From: an uncultured Alphaproteobacteria bacterium
GTDB taxonomy: Bacteria > Pseudomonadota > Alphaproteobacteria > Rhizobiales > Methyloligellaceae
Reading direction: 5' to 3'
DNA: 64,000 nt
Assembly (NCBI GenBank): GCA_963793075.1
Contig: CAWBYO010000005.1
Location: 648,471-712,470, forward strand
Part shown: positions 36,219 through 44,429 of the stretch, one piece after another
How the letters are laid out: each line of letters begins with the position of its first letter
How positions within the stretch are numbered: position 1 is the first letter of the stretch
Notes under the pieces: model-generated
The model's input: only the letters and a program-made list of their open reading frames with translations
The model's database searches: none
Told to the model about the DNA's origin: nothing
Position numbers and translations under genes: made by a program

Positions 36219-36485
36219 GTGCCTCGCCCCGTCATGTTCAGCGGCCGATTGGAGCGCCGCCGCAAGAACCGCCGCTGGGCGGTCGTGGTTGCCGCGGTGC
36301 TGCTCGCCGTGGGCCTCGCCGTGATCGCCGTTGTGGCCATGCAGGGCTTCGACCTGCTGGGCGCCGCGGAGGCCGATTGGCAGCCGATGGCGCTCGGCGT
36401 GCTGATCGCGCTTGCCGGCCTCGTCGTCCTCTGCCTCGTGGCCTATGTGGCCGTGCGCATCTACGGCCGCGTGACCTCGGGCTGA
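36219..36485 (+). CDS. Small hypothetical two-TM protein
   Basis: Basic N-terminus and two hydrophobic helices; abuts previous gene. Confidence 0.6.
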   Translation: MPRPVMFSGRLERRRKNRRWAVVVAAVLLAVGLAVIAVVAMQGFDLLGAAEADWQPMALGVLIALAGLVVLCLVAYVAVRIYGRVTSG

Positions 36486-36569
36486 GGGCTTCGCCCTTCC
36501 GATTGGCTGGCGTTCGACTCCGCCTCCGCCTAAGATATGGGCATTGGGCAACCGAGGGGGGAAATCAAC

Positions 36570-36833
36570 ATGGATCTCGCAGCACTTCTCGTCCAGGTCG
36601 TATCGGGCGCGATCGGCGGTAGCGCGGCCGGCGCCGCCGCCAAGAACTATTCGCTGGGCACGATCGGCAATGTCATCGCCGGCGCGGTCGGCGGCGGCAT
36701 CACCGGGCAGCTCGTCGGCTCGTTCGCCGGGCAGATGATCGAGGGCTGGGTCGGCGACGTCGCCGGCGGCGCCATCGGCGGCATCGTGCTGACGCTCATC
36801 GCCGGCGTCATCAAGAACATGACGGCAAAATAA
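36570..36833 (+). CDS. Small glycine-rich membrane protein
   Basis: SGAIGG, SLGTIGNVIAGAVGG, GAIGGIVL glycine zippers; GAGGGGG RBS. Confidence 0.75.
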   Translation: MDLAALLVQVVSGAIGGSAAGAAAKNYSLGTIGNVIAGAVGGGITGQLVGSFAGQMIEGWVGDVAGGAIGGIVLTLIAGVIKNMTAK

Positions 36834-36913
36834 AGCGGGCTTCGCCTTCGGCCGCGACCTGGGTGCAGTGTAACGCCGCCGCAAGACGCGGGGACAAGTT
36901 TCGCGGCGTGCCG

Positions 36914-37711
36914 CTATTCGTGCGACGGCAGAGCCGCTCCGTTTGCCACCGGCTCGGGAACGAGCTCCCGATACGCCCGCCAACTCGCCAGGCCGAGCCA
37001 CGGGAAGACGACAACGAGGCCAACAAACCCCGTGGCCGCGGCGAGCAGGACGAGGAGGGCGATGATCGCCGCCCAAAGGGTCATGGGCCGGAAATTCTCG
37101 ACCACCGCCGTGACGCTCGTGGCGATCGCGGTAAAGGCATTGGTCCGCTGATCGAGCAGCATCGGCGCCGACACGACCACCAGGCAGTAGGTGAAATAGG
37201 CGATCACGCCGCCGACGATCGTGCCCGTCATCAGCATGGCATGCCCGTCCGGGGTGCCGATGGCGAAGGCAGCGAAGTCGCCGACCGTCCGGTGCAGCTG
37301 ATAGGTCGACAGGCCGTAGACGATCTGCGCGATGCGTCCCCAGAACAGATAGATCAGCACCAGCGCCAGGCCGAGATAGGCAATGTCCGGTCGAAGAGCC
37401 GGGCGAACATAGAGCATGCCCAGCAGCGTCGGCGTCTCGCCGCGCTCGAGCAATCTGCCGGCCTCGTACAGGCCCATGGCCAGCATGGGCGCGACGAACA
37501 CGAAACCGATGGTCAGGGTCAAGACCCAGAAGGCCGCGTTGGCGACGACGAGCGCGTAGCAAAGTCCGAAGCTGAGCAGCGCCACAATCAGTCCGTAGGC
37601 GAGGCAGGGACCGGGCGCCTGCCACAGGTCATGCCATCCCCCCTTGAGCCAGCGAAACGGCGCCTTCCAATCGATCGTGCTGACGTCGGGCAACCCGCCT
37701 GATGATTCCAC
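36914..37711 (-). CDS. DUF2189 family membrane protein
   Basis: PFRWLKGGW.DL, P.LAMGLYEAGR, VVSAPMLLD, LGLASWRAY. Confidence 0.85.
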   Translation of the reverse strand: MESSGGLPDVSTIDWKAPFRWLKGGWHDLWQAPGPCLAYGLIVALLSFGLCYALVVANAAFWVLTLTIGFVFVAPMLAMGLYEAGRLLERGETPTLLGMLYVRPALRPDIAYLGLALVLIYLFWGRIAQIVYGLSTYQLHRTVGDFAAFAIGTPDGHAMLMTGTIVGGVIAYFTYCLVVVSAPMLLDQRTNAFTAIATSVTAVVENFRPMTLWAAIIALLVLLAAATGFVGLVVVFPWLGLASWRAYRELVPEPVANGAALPSHE

Positions 37712-37930
37712 CGCATCCTCCCCTTAATGCGCGCCCGGTTTTCCCAGGGCCGATTTTTTCCCGCAGTCTATAGGAGGCAGAGCGGACGGTCTGCAACTGC
37801 GCCGTTGCGGATGAGGATATGTTTAGCGGCGGGATTAGTTTCAGGAAGAGGACGCGGGCGCAACACGCATGGCCGGGCTGAACGCCCGGCCACAACGCAC
37901 TTGTGTCGCTTCGCGCGCGGCCGTCCGAGC

Positions 37931-38002
37931 TTAAAAGATCAGATAGAGAAGAACGATGACGACGAGAGGAACGCCCATCAACCACATTAGAATACCAGCC
38001 AT
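37931..38002 (-). CDS. 23-aa single-helix micropeptide
   Basis: AAAGGAGG RBS before ATG; MAGILMWLMGVPLVVIVLLYLIF. Confidence 0.65.
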   Translation of the reverse strand: MAGILMWLMGVPLVVIVLLYLIF

Positions 38003-38123
38003 TGTTGCCTCCTTTGCGTGGGTTCTCAAAAGGAACAATTGGGCGGATGCGTTCGTTCCATCAGTGGAAAACTTTTCATCACGCATGACACCCAAACCAA
38101 ACGCACCAAGGGAGGCAAACATC

Positions 38124-38723
38124 ATGGCGCGCGCAGGAATTCTTGAAGTTGAGGAAGAAGTGATCGTCTCGGGCGGGCCGGTCGGCAAGGCAAACGACTG
38201 GGGCGCCATCTTTGGCGGCGCGCTCGGCGCCATCGCCGTCTCGATCATTCTGTTCACCGCAGGCTCCGGCTTCGGCATCTCCACGGCCGAGCCGTGGTCC
38301 TTCGCCAACAGGTCGCCGGAGACCTTCGCCATCGGCACGGGCATCTGGCTGATCGTCATGCAGTGGTTGTCCGCGGGCTTCGGCGGCTATCTTGCCGGGC
38401 GCCTGCGCGAGAAATGGATTGGCGTCCGCACCGACGAGGTGCTGTTTCGCGACACCGCCCACGGGTTCCTCGCCTGGGCGCTGGCCACGGTGATCGTCGC
38501 CGCGCTGTTCGCCATCGCCACCGGCGTCGCCGGCACCACCGCCGTGGTGACCGCGGAGCCTGGCGCCGCTGCCGACGCAGCGGACGCCGCCGCCGCCGTC
38601 TCGCAGCAAGCGCTTGAAGCAGCCGCGAAGTTCTCGATCTTCACCGCCATCTCGCTTCTGGTCGGCGGCTTCATCGGTGCCGTGGCCGGCGGCCTCGGCG
38701 GCTATCACCGCGACGCGGTCTAA
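38124..38723 (+). CDS. Hypothetical four-TM membrane protein
   Basis: WGAIFGGA, GGYLAGRLR.KW.G..TDEV.FRDTAHGFLAWAL, GG.HRD; GGGAGG RBS. Confidence 0.8.
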   Translation: MARAGILEVEEEVIVSGGPVGKANDWGAIFGGALGAIAVSIILFTAGSGFGISTAEPWSFANRSPETFAIGTGIWLIVMQWLSAGFGGYLAGRLREKWIGVRTDEVLFRDTAHGFLAWALATVIVAALFAIATGVAGTTAVVTAEPGAAADAADAAAAVSQQALEAAAKFSIFTAISLLVGGFIGAVAGGLGGYHRDAV

Positions 38724-38757
38724 CCCGCGCCGATACGCATCAAGCTGAGCTGAGCTT

Positions 38758-38793
38758 CGAGCGGGCTCGCGGATCCTTCCGCGGGCCCGTTCG
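38758..38793. terminator. GC-rich hairpin between convergent genes
   Basis: CGAGCGGGCTCGCGGA-loop-TCCGCGGGCCCGTTCG. Confidence 0.55.
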
Positions 38794-38809
38794 TCTATGC
38801 GCCGACCGC

Positions 38810-39118
38810 TCACCGCGATCCCGCGCCCGCTTTGCGCCAGGCGCGATAGGCGCGAAGCTCACCCGCCGTCTCGATCCGGCTTTCCATCGTGGCGAAGTCC
38901 GGCCGCGCACGGCGCTCGTCGTCGATCGCCGCGAGCCAGGCGGTCATCAGCCCAACGCAAACGCGCACATCGCCCCGGCAGGCGCGTCCGCGCCGGCAGG
39001 CGTGATCGGCGCACAGACACCACAGGCAGATCCGGTCGGCGCCGAAGCGCAAGGCGCGCTCCCGCTCGAGGCTGTTCTCCGTCTTTAAGCGGCTCTCCCT
39101 TCCGGCGCTGTGTTTCAT
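38810..39118 (-). CDS. Small Cys-rich hypothetical protein
   Basis: AAAGGA RBS; ICLWCLCADHACRRGRACRGDVRVC. Confidence 0.7.
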   Translation of the reverse strand: MKHSAGRESRLKTENSLERERALRFGADRICLWCLCADHACRRGRACRGDVRVCVGLMTAWLAAIDDERRARPDFATMESRIETAGELRAYRAWRKAGAGSR

Positions 39119-39153
39119 GCGTTTCCTTTCTCTCTCGTCGTCGTTCCTTCTCT

Positions 39154-39249
39154 TCGTCATGCCCGGACGTGTTCCGGGCATCCAATGAGGCGGCGCCACG
39201 CATGCGAACCCTCCCAATTGGATTGCCGGGACAGGCCCGGCAATGACGA
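39154..39249. repeat. REP doublet (inverted pair of CGTC-type palindromes)
   Basis: TCGTCATGCCCGGACGTGTTCCGGGCATCCAAT...ATTGGATTGCCGGGACAGGCCCGGCAATGACGA. Confidence 0.82.
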
Positions 39250-39259
39250 GGGAGAAGAC

Positions 39260-39644
39260 TGGCACGCCGAAGCGTCTCGCCGGGTTTGATCCCGCGAGGT
39301 GAGGGGAGTTCCCCGCGAGGGGGATGGCGCGCCGAAAGACGCAAACCTTTTGGCTCCGCATCCGTTGCCGGATACGGCGGGCGCCTCACGGCGCGCCAAT
39401 CACGGCGTCGTTACGGCCTCGGGCCCCGCTTCAATCCAGGACTGTCTGTCCGGGATCTACCTGCCAGCTCCTGGCGGGGACTCGTATTGGCCCCGGGGGG
39501 AGCTCCGATGCCGCCCGAGTGTTCCGTTGCGAACGAAACCCGCGGGCGCCGCACCCCGTCCCGCTCACGCAACGCCTCGCGAGAACGCCCTTAAGAGGAC
39601 GAGGTGAGGGGGAGTCTAAGCGAGGTTTTGGGGCCGGGGATAAG
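39260..39644 (-). ncRNA. Candidate large structured non-coding RNA / long repeat, copy 2
   Basis: Reverse complement of 39317-39644 aligns with 12534-12860; -10-like TAGACT at 39613-39618 (minus strand). Confidence 0.7.
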
Positions 39645-39667
39645 GTGGAGATAGCGCCTACTACTAG

Positions 39668-39702
39668 CGTCACCCCCGGGCTTGTCCCGGGGGCCCAATA
39701 GG
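39668..39702. repeat. REP palindrome, left flank of the GIY-YIG gene
   Basis: CGTCACCCCCGGGCTTGTCCCGGGGGCCCAATAGG. Confidence 0.8.
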
Positions 39703-39718
39703 GCGTTACTTTGCTCGT

Positions 39719-40009
39719 ATGCGGCAGTTCTACGTTTACATCCTCGCGAAGCACCGTCACGGCGCGCTCTATGTTGGGGTGACGAACGACCTCGTACGCA
39801 GAACCTACGAGCACCGCGAGGGTTTGGTGCCGGGATTCACGAAGCGCCATGGCATCAAGCAACTCGTCTATTTCGAGCAGCATGCGACTGCGGCCGTCGC
39901 TATTCAGCGGGAGAAGACGATGAAGGGCTGGCCACGAGCCTGGAAGATCCGAACCATCGAGACGTTGAACCCGGCCTGGGCGGACCTCTACGACGAAATT
40001 TGCCCATAG
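39719..40009 (+). CDS. Stand-alone GIY-YIG nuclease (UPF0213/YhbQ-like)
   Basis: FYVYIL, LYVGVTNDL.RR..EH, LVYFE, AIQREK.MKGW.RAWK, NP.W.DLY. Confidence 0.93.
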   Translation: MRQFYVYILAKHRHGALYVGVTNDLVRRTYEHREGLVPGFTKRHGIKQLVYFEQHATAAVAIQREKTMKGWPRAWKIRTIETLNPAWADLYDEICP

Positions 40010-40046
40010 GCCTCATTGGGTGCCCGGAACAAGTCCGGGCATGACG
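40010..40046. repeat. REP palindrome, right flank of the GIY-YIG gene (inverted relative to the left flank)
   Basis: CCTCATTGGGTGCCCGGAACAAGTCCGGGCATGACG. Confidence 0.8.
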
Positions 40047-40097
40047 AGGGAGAGAACGATGATCGTTGCCACGCGGACATTGACGTTGAAGGGACCA

Positions 40098-40175
40098 CGC
40101 CGGTCGAGCAGCTGCTTGAGGTCGTGGCCGGTATAGGTGCCTGCGACCTTCGCCACCTCTTCGGGCGTGCCGGTG
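40098..40175 (-). pseudogene. Displaced copy of the uvrA 3' end
   Basis: Near-identical to 47116-47194 (encodes [20 protein letters not shown]). Confidence 0.85.
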
Positions 40176-40285
40176 ACCACCATCCCTTCGCTATCCGAGC
40201 AAGACGCGCAGGCGATCGCAACCCATTTCTGGGTCCCGCAGCAATCTTTAGGAAGAGGGCCGGCCGCGCGCGCAGCCTCCAGCGA

Positions 40286-40507
40286 TCAGAAGTTGATGGT
40301 TTTGATCGTCGGCCAACGGGAGAAGCCTTGCAGCAAGGCGGCCTTGCCGAGAGCCGCGGCCCGCTCTGCTTGCGAGGCGTTTTCAAATTTGTCCCAGGTG
40401 GCGCCGAGGACTTCGTATCTGCCGCAGGTCGGGCAGCCGACAACGAAACCATCGAAATTATCCAGGGTGAGGTCTTTGGCCTCGCCGGCACAGACTAAGC
40501 ATTGCAT
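40286..40507 (-). CDS. Small Zn-ribbon-like hypothetical protein
   Basis: MQCLVC...GCPTCGRY (two CxxC). Confidence 0.65.
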   Translation of the reverse strand: MQCLVCAGEAKDLTLDNFDGFVVGCPTCGRYEVLGATWDKFENASQAERAAALGKAALLQGFSRWPTIKTINF

Positions 40508-40605
40508 GTCGGGTGTCGTGTCCTGAGGTTGGCGCCCGTCGATCTTCAAGGTATCGCCAAGCGATCGCCACGCGCGGGCGGGCGCGGCGGTCCGTCGAGC
40601 TCGCG

Positions 40606-40890
40606 CTAGACGCGCTCGATCTCGCATTCCGCCATGATGCGGAAGAACGGCTCGCAGCCGCTCTTGATGCGATATTGGAATTGTCCGTTCCGCGCCGGAA
40701 GCTGCGCAATCACCGTGTAGGGACCGGGCGCGGCCTTGCGGGGCGGGTAGCGCCGGCTGAGCAGCACCTCATGCCCGGTCGAGAAGCCATGCCCGGACGG
40801 GAGATCATGCCCGGACGGCTCGTCTTCGGTCATGGTGACTCGTCTGGCGGGCGCGCGTCGGGATGTCGGGATGGATTTGGGCGAGGACAT
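40606..40890 (-). CDS. Small hypothetical protein
   Basis: AAPGPYTVIAQLP..QYRIKS..EPF.RI.AE pattern; start at 40890 or 40832. Confidence 0.6.
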   Translation of the reverse strand: MSSPKSIPTSRRAPARRVTMTEDEPSGHDLPSGHGFSTGHEVLLSRRYPPRKAAPGPYTVIAQLPARNGQFQYRIKSGCEPFFRIMAECEIERV

Positions 40891-41255
40891 GAAGGCGCTC
40901 CTATTGGCAGGCGGGAGCGCGATTGACCTCTCTCAGCCATCGGAGCCTGTGACGATCGCCCGATGATGCCCCGAGACATGCGCCTTATTGGCGGAAAAAG
41001 CGAGTTTTATAGTCAGTCGCGCTTAATGCCTGGATGACTTGGAGACCTGCGCCGACGGCGGAGAGTTTTCCACAGCCAGCCCCCCGCCGGATCGCCGCGT
41101 GTATAAAAGTGAACAGTCGGAAAATTGCCTCATTCGCTACCATTCCGCTGCACCGCCTGCTGGCTTCCACGGTCCGGTGGCGGTGGCGTGAGAGTTGCGT
41201 GCAGTGAGCCGCCGGCAGGTGCGGCCGCACTGTTGAGAGCCACTGATGCGTTTTG

Positions 41256-41286
41256 AAAACCTCGGGTGTCGCGCCCGGGGTTTTCT
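41256..41286. terminator. Probable bidirectional intrinsic terminator
   Basis: GAAAACCTCGGGTG-tcg-CGCCCGGGGTTTTC. Confidence 0.65.
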
Positions 41287-41439
41287 CATTCCCAAAGGAT
41301 GGAAACGCCTCCGCAGCTCAAGGGTCAGCCTACGCCCGGCCCGCGCCCGCGCCTGAGCAAAACAGGACACCGCGGCAAAATAATCGCGCCGCGCGCGAAG
41401 AAGTCATCTGCGGGCTCACAGCGGGGGCCCAGCGGTGCA

Positions 41440-41590
41440 AGGTGTGACGACGTCTCCCGCCATGCCTTCGCCGACCCGGAGCGTGATCTGGTTCGGCGCC
41501 GCGGGAAAGATCAGCGCCAGCTTGCAGGTGAAGCTTCCCTTCGGCGGGATGGTCCCGTCGCAATGGGTCTTGGCGTAATCATAGTCGCCG
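41440..41590 (-). pseudogene. Displaced, diverged 3' fragment of the 42073-42552 gene
   Basis: Encodes GDYDYAKTHCDGTIPPKGSFTCKLALIFPAAPNQITLRVGEGMAGDVV versus GDYDYFKTRCDGDIAPKGQFPCTLSLIFTAAPKRITLRVGEGMAGDVV; no 5' half. Confidence 0.8.
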
Positions 41591-41748
41591 AGCAGCCAAG
41601 CGGTCGCGCATCAGCCGGCGCCCGGCAAACCGCAGGGTTTCGAGGGGTCGCGGTAGCAATCCGCTAAGGATACGCCCGCGCATGCCGTTTGCCGGAGGCG
41701 CCGGCGAGTGGCACACTGACCGGGTTCTTCTCCAAGGAGGACTTTCCC

Positions 41749-42057
41749 ATGCGTAAATCCATTCTGCTCGTCGCGGGTCTCGCGCTCGCGGTCCTATTTG
41801 CGAACGCGGCTTCGGCCAAGACCGTCATCGTCACCCTGACCACGCAGCAGGTCGCCAATGTGTGCGGCAAGGGGCTGCAGAGCGGCGGCGGCCATGTCGG
41901 CTGCACCAAAAATTGCGGCAGCTACCAGTGCGACTACGACTGCACCAAGAGCGGCTGCACGGGCCAGTGCGTGACCTGCCCGGGGCAGGACCGCATCATC
42001 CTCCCCGGTCTGCCGAGCAAGCGCGTGCTCAAGGACGCCGTCCGCGCCGCGCAGTAG
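41749..42057 (+). CDS. Small secreted protein with 8 cysteines
   Basis: AAGGAGG RBS; signal peptide ending ASA; C-x12-C-x3-C-x4-C-x3-C-x4-C-x3-C-x2-C. Confidence 0.8.
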   Translation: MRKSILLVAGLALAVLFANAASAKTVIVTLTTQQVANVCGKGLQSGGGHVGCTKNCGSYQCDYDCTKSGCTGQCVTCPGQDRIILPGLPSKRVLKDAVRAAQ

Positions 42058-42072
42058 AGCGCGTGGCGCCGG

Positions 42073-42552
42073 TCAGGGCGCGAGCGTGAAGGTGACGACG
42101 TCGCCGGCCATGCCTTCGCCGACCCGGAGCGTGATGCGCTTGGGCGCCGCAGTGAAGATCAGCGACAGCGTGCAGGGGAACTGCCCCTTGGGCGCGATAT
42201 CGCCGTCGCAGCGCGTCTTGAAGTAGTCGTAGTCGCCGGTCTCGCCGGTCTCCGACTGCGCGTCGACGAACAGCATGAAGGCGATGCTCTTCTGCTCGTC
42301 GGAGAGATTGTCCATGCGGAGCTCGACCGTCCCCTTGGGCCCGTCGAACGCGACCTTCTCCAGCGTCACCTTGATGTCGCCGAACTGCTTGGCCTCGCCG
42401 ATCTGCGAGGGCTCGGCTGCGGGCGCGTCCTCCGCCGCGCGCGCGGACGAAACGGGCAAGGCGGCAAAGGGCAAGGCGCAAAGGGGCAAGGCGCAAAGGT
42501 GCAAGGCGACGAGGAGCAGCGCCGGGAAGAGGGATCTCGTCATGGAGGTCAT
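42073..42552 (-). CDS. Exported hypothetical protein (Ig-like beta-sandwich likely)
   Basis: Signal peptide, alternating beta-strand pattern, one Cys pair. Confidence 0.7.
   Translation of the reverse strand: MTSMTRSLFPALLLVALHLCALPLCALPFAALPVSSARAAEDAPAAEPSQIGEAKQFGDIKVTLEKVAFDGPKGTVELRMDNLSDEQKSIAFMLFVDAQSETGETGDYDYFKTRCDGDIAPKGQFPCTLSLIFTAAPKRITLRVGEGMAGDVVTFTLAP
42454..42508. repeat. 15-bp tandem repeat (about 3.7 units) inside the signal-peptide coding region
   Basis: GGGCAAGGCGGCAAA GGGCAAGGCGCAAAG GGGCAAGGCGCAAAG GTGCAAGGCG. Confidence 0.8.
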
Positions 42553-42738
42553 GGTGTCCACCGCTGAAACGCTTGGGTCGAACGCGGCGAAGGCGGACGG
42601 GGTTTCTCCTGCCGCTTCGGGGCGGCGGGATATAGCATGGTTCGGCCAGGCCGGAATACGGGCGTGATACGCAAAACCGCGCGAAACTGCGCGCGCGTGC
42701 TATAGGGGAGCGGCCACGACGCGAGGAGGCTTAAGGCA

Positions 42739-43149
42739 ATGTCACACGATCGGCACGAAGCGTTGGTCCGCACCTATCTCGACGAGGTGTTCAACCGGCA
42801 CGACCTGTCACGGCTCGACCAATATCTCGCCGAGGATCTCGCCTCGCATTGGCTCGGCGACCGGACGCTGCACGGCCTGGGCGCATGGCGCGACGGCATG
42901 GCCGCCTTCTTCGCCGCCTTTCCCGACGCGGCCTACACGCTCGACGATATTTTCTTCGCTGGCGGCAAGGGCGTGTGGCGCGGGACCTGGCGCGCGACCC
43001 AACGCGGCGCATGGGAAGGCATCGCGCCGACGGGGCGCAAGGCGACCTGGACGGCGATGATCATGGGCCGCTTCGACGGCGACAGGATCGCCGAGGACTG
43101 GGTCGAATACGACCGCTACAACCTGTTTCGGCAATTGGGCGCGGTTTGA
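42739..43149 (+). CDS. SnoaL-like ester cyclase family protein
   Basis: EVFNRHDL, AAFPD, ATQRG.W.GIAPTGRK, GDRIAEDW. Confidence 0.88.
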   Translation: MSHDRHEALVRTYLDEVFNRHDLSRLDQYLAEDLASHWLGDRTLHGLGAWRDGMAAFFAAFPDAAYTLDDIFFAGGKGVWRGTWRATQRGAWEGIAPTGRKATWTAMIMGRFDGDRIAEDWVEYDRYNLFRQLGAV

Positions 43150-43173
43150 GGCAGGATTCTGCGCATGCCTCAA

Positions 43174-43398
43174 GGCGCCAGCGACGCCGCGAATGCCGCC
43201 GCCGCCATGTCCCAGGAGGCGCTTGAAGCGGCCGCGAAATTCTCGATCTTCACGGCCGATCTCGCTGCTGGTCGGCGGCTTCATCGGCGCCGTGGCCGGC
43301 GGGCTGGGCGGCTATCACCGCGACGCGGTCTAGACCCGCGCCGCAAGACGGATGATTTGAAACTGGACCGGGCTCGCGCGATGCGCGGGCCCGGCGTC
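43174..43398 (+). pseudogene. Displaced copy of the 3' end and terminator hairpin of the 38124-38723 gene
   Basis: ALEAAAKFSIFTAISLLVGGFIGAVAGGLGGYHRDAV* plus CGGGCTCGCG..CGCGGGCCCG hairpin, matching 38562-38795. Confidence 0.85.
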
Positions 43399-43499
43399 CG
43401 CGCGGATCGCAATGCTCATGGGATGAGCGGCAGGGAACGGCCTCGCGACCGCCCGCGTTCATCCATCGTGGCACGAGGACACACAAGGGAGAGCAAAAC

Positions 43500-43766
43500 A
43501 TGCCGTATCTGTCAGGCGTCCTAACCGGAATCGTTCTTATCATCGTGCTGGTGTTCGCCATTGATCATGTCAACGACGACCCGGCCTCGCAGGACATCGT
43601 CAATTGGGGCCTCATCGCCGACGGACTTGGCGACACGGTCGCCGAGGTCAACGAGCAGGTGCGCGAGGAAGTCCACGAGGCCACGGCGCCCGACACGGCG
43701 CCCGACGCTGAACCGGCGACGCCCGAACCCGTGACGTCCACGCCGCCCGCGACCGGCACGCCATAG
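43500..43766 (+). CDS. Small hypothetical membrane-anchored protein
   Basis: GGGAGAG RBS; N-terminal TM helix, IVNW motif, P/A/T tail. Confidence 0.65.
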   Translation: MPYLSGVLTGIVLIIVLVFAIDHVNDDPASQDIVNWGLIADGLGDTVAEVNEQVREEVHEATAPDTAPDAEPATPEPVTSTPPATGTP

Positions 43767-43801
43767 CGCGCCGTCGTCGTCGAGCGATCGGCAAGCGCGC
43801 C

Positions 43802-44222
43802 TTATGGCGACAGCAGCAGCGTCGAGACGAAGCGCGGCACAGGCCTGCACTGGGGCCGGTCGCCCAGCGCCGCGTGCCCTTGGCCCGCGATCGGCACGAA
43901 GCGCAGCGTCCGATAGGACCAGTTGAACCTCTCGAAGGAGGCTCGCCCCAGGTCCGGCCTTCGCCTCCGGCCGCTCGGCGAACAGGACGGCGTGGAAGTT
44001 CGGATATCCTGATACCGCGCCGCGCATGCATGCCTGTGATCAAGAGATCCCGGACCCGCGTGACCGGACGATAGGCGAACGAGCCGATGGGCACCTGCAC
44101 GCAATATGCGCGGCCCGCCGCCGCGTCCTCCGCGCGTCCATCACCAGCAGCACGAGCGCGCCGAGCACGGCGCCGACCGCGGCCAAGGCGACGAGGGCGA
44201 AAATGAGGAGCCGCCGGAGCAT
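43802..44222 (-). CDS. Hypothetical membrane-anchored protein; frameshifted
   Basis: TM N-terminus, then AAAGRAYCVQVP, NFHAVL and FNWSYR segments in successive frames. Confidence 0.55.
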
Positions 44223-44429
44223 GGCGCGGGGAAGAGGAGGAGGTCATCGATGCGTCCTCATGGGAGGTGCGCGCAATGTACGGCAGGTTTCGAGGGCGGG
44301 ATAAGTTTGGTTCGCGCGGCATCCTTGTGACGAGAAGCCAATGTGGTTTGCGAGCGCGTCGGTTGCAATATCTTGGAGCACAACACCACAAGATGCTAAC
44401 GTGGCATGGTCAATGGGAGGCGCTGAAGT

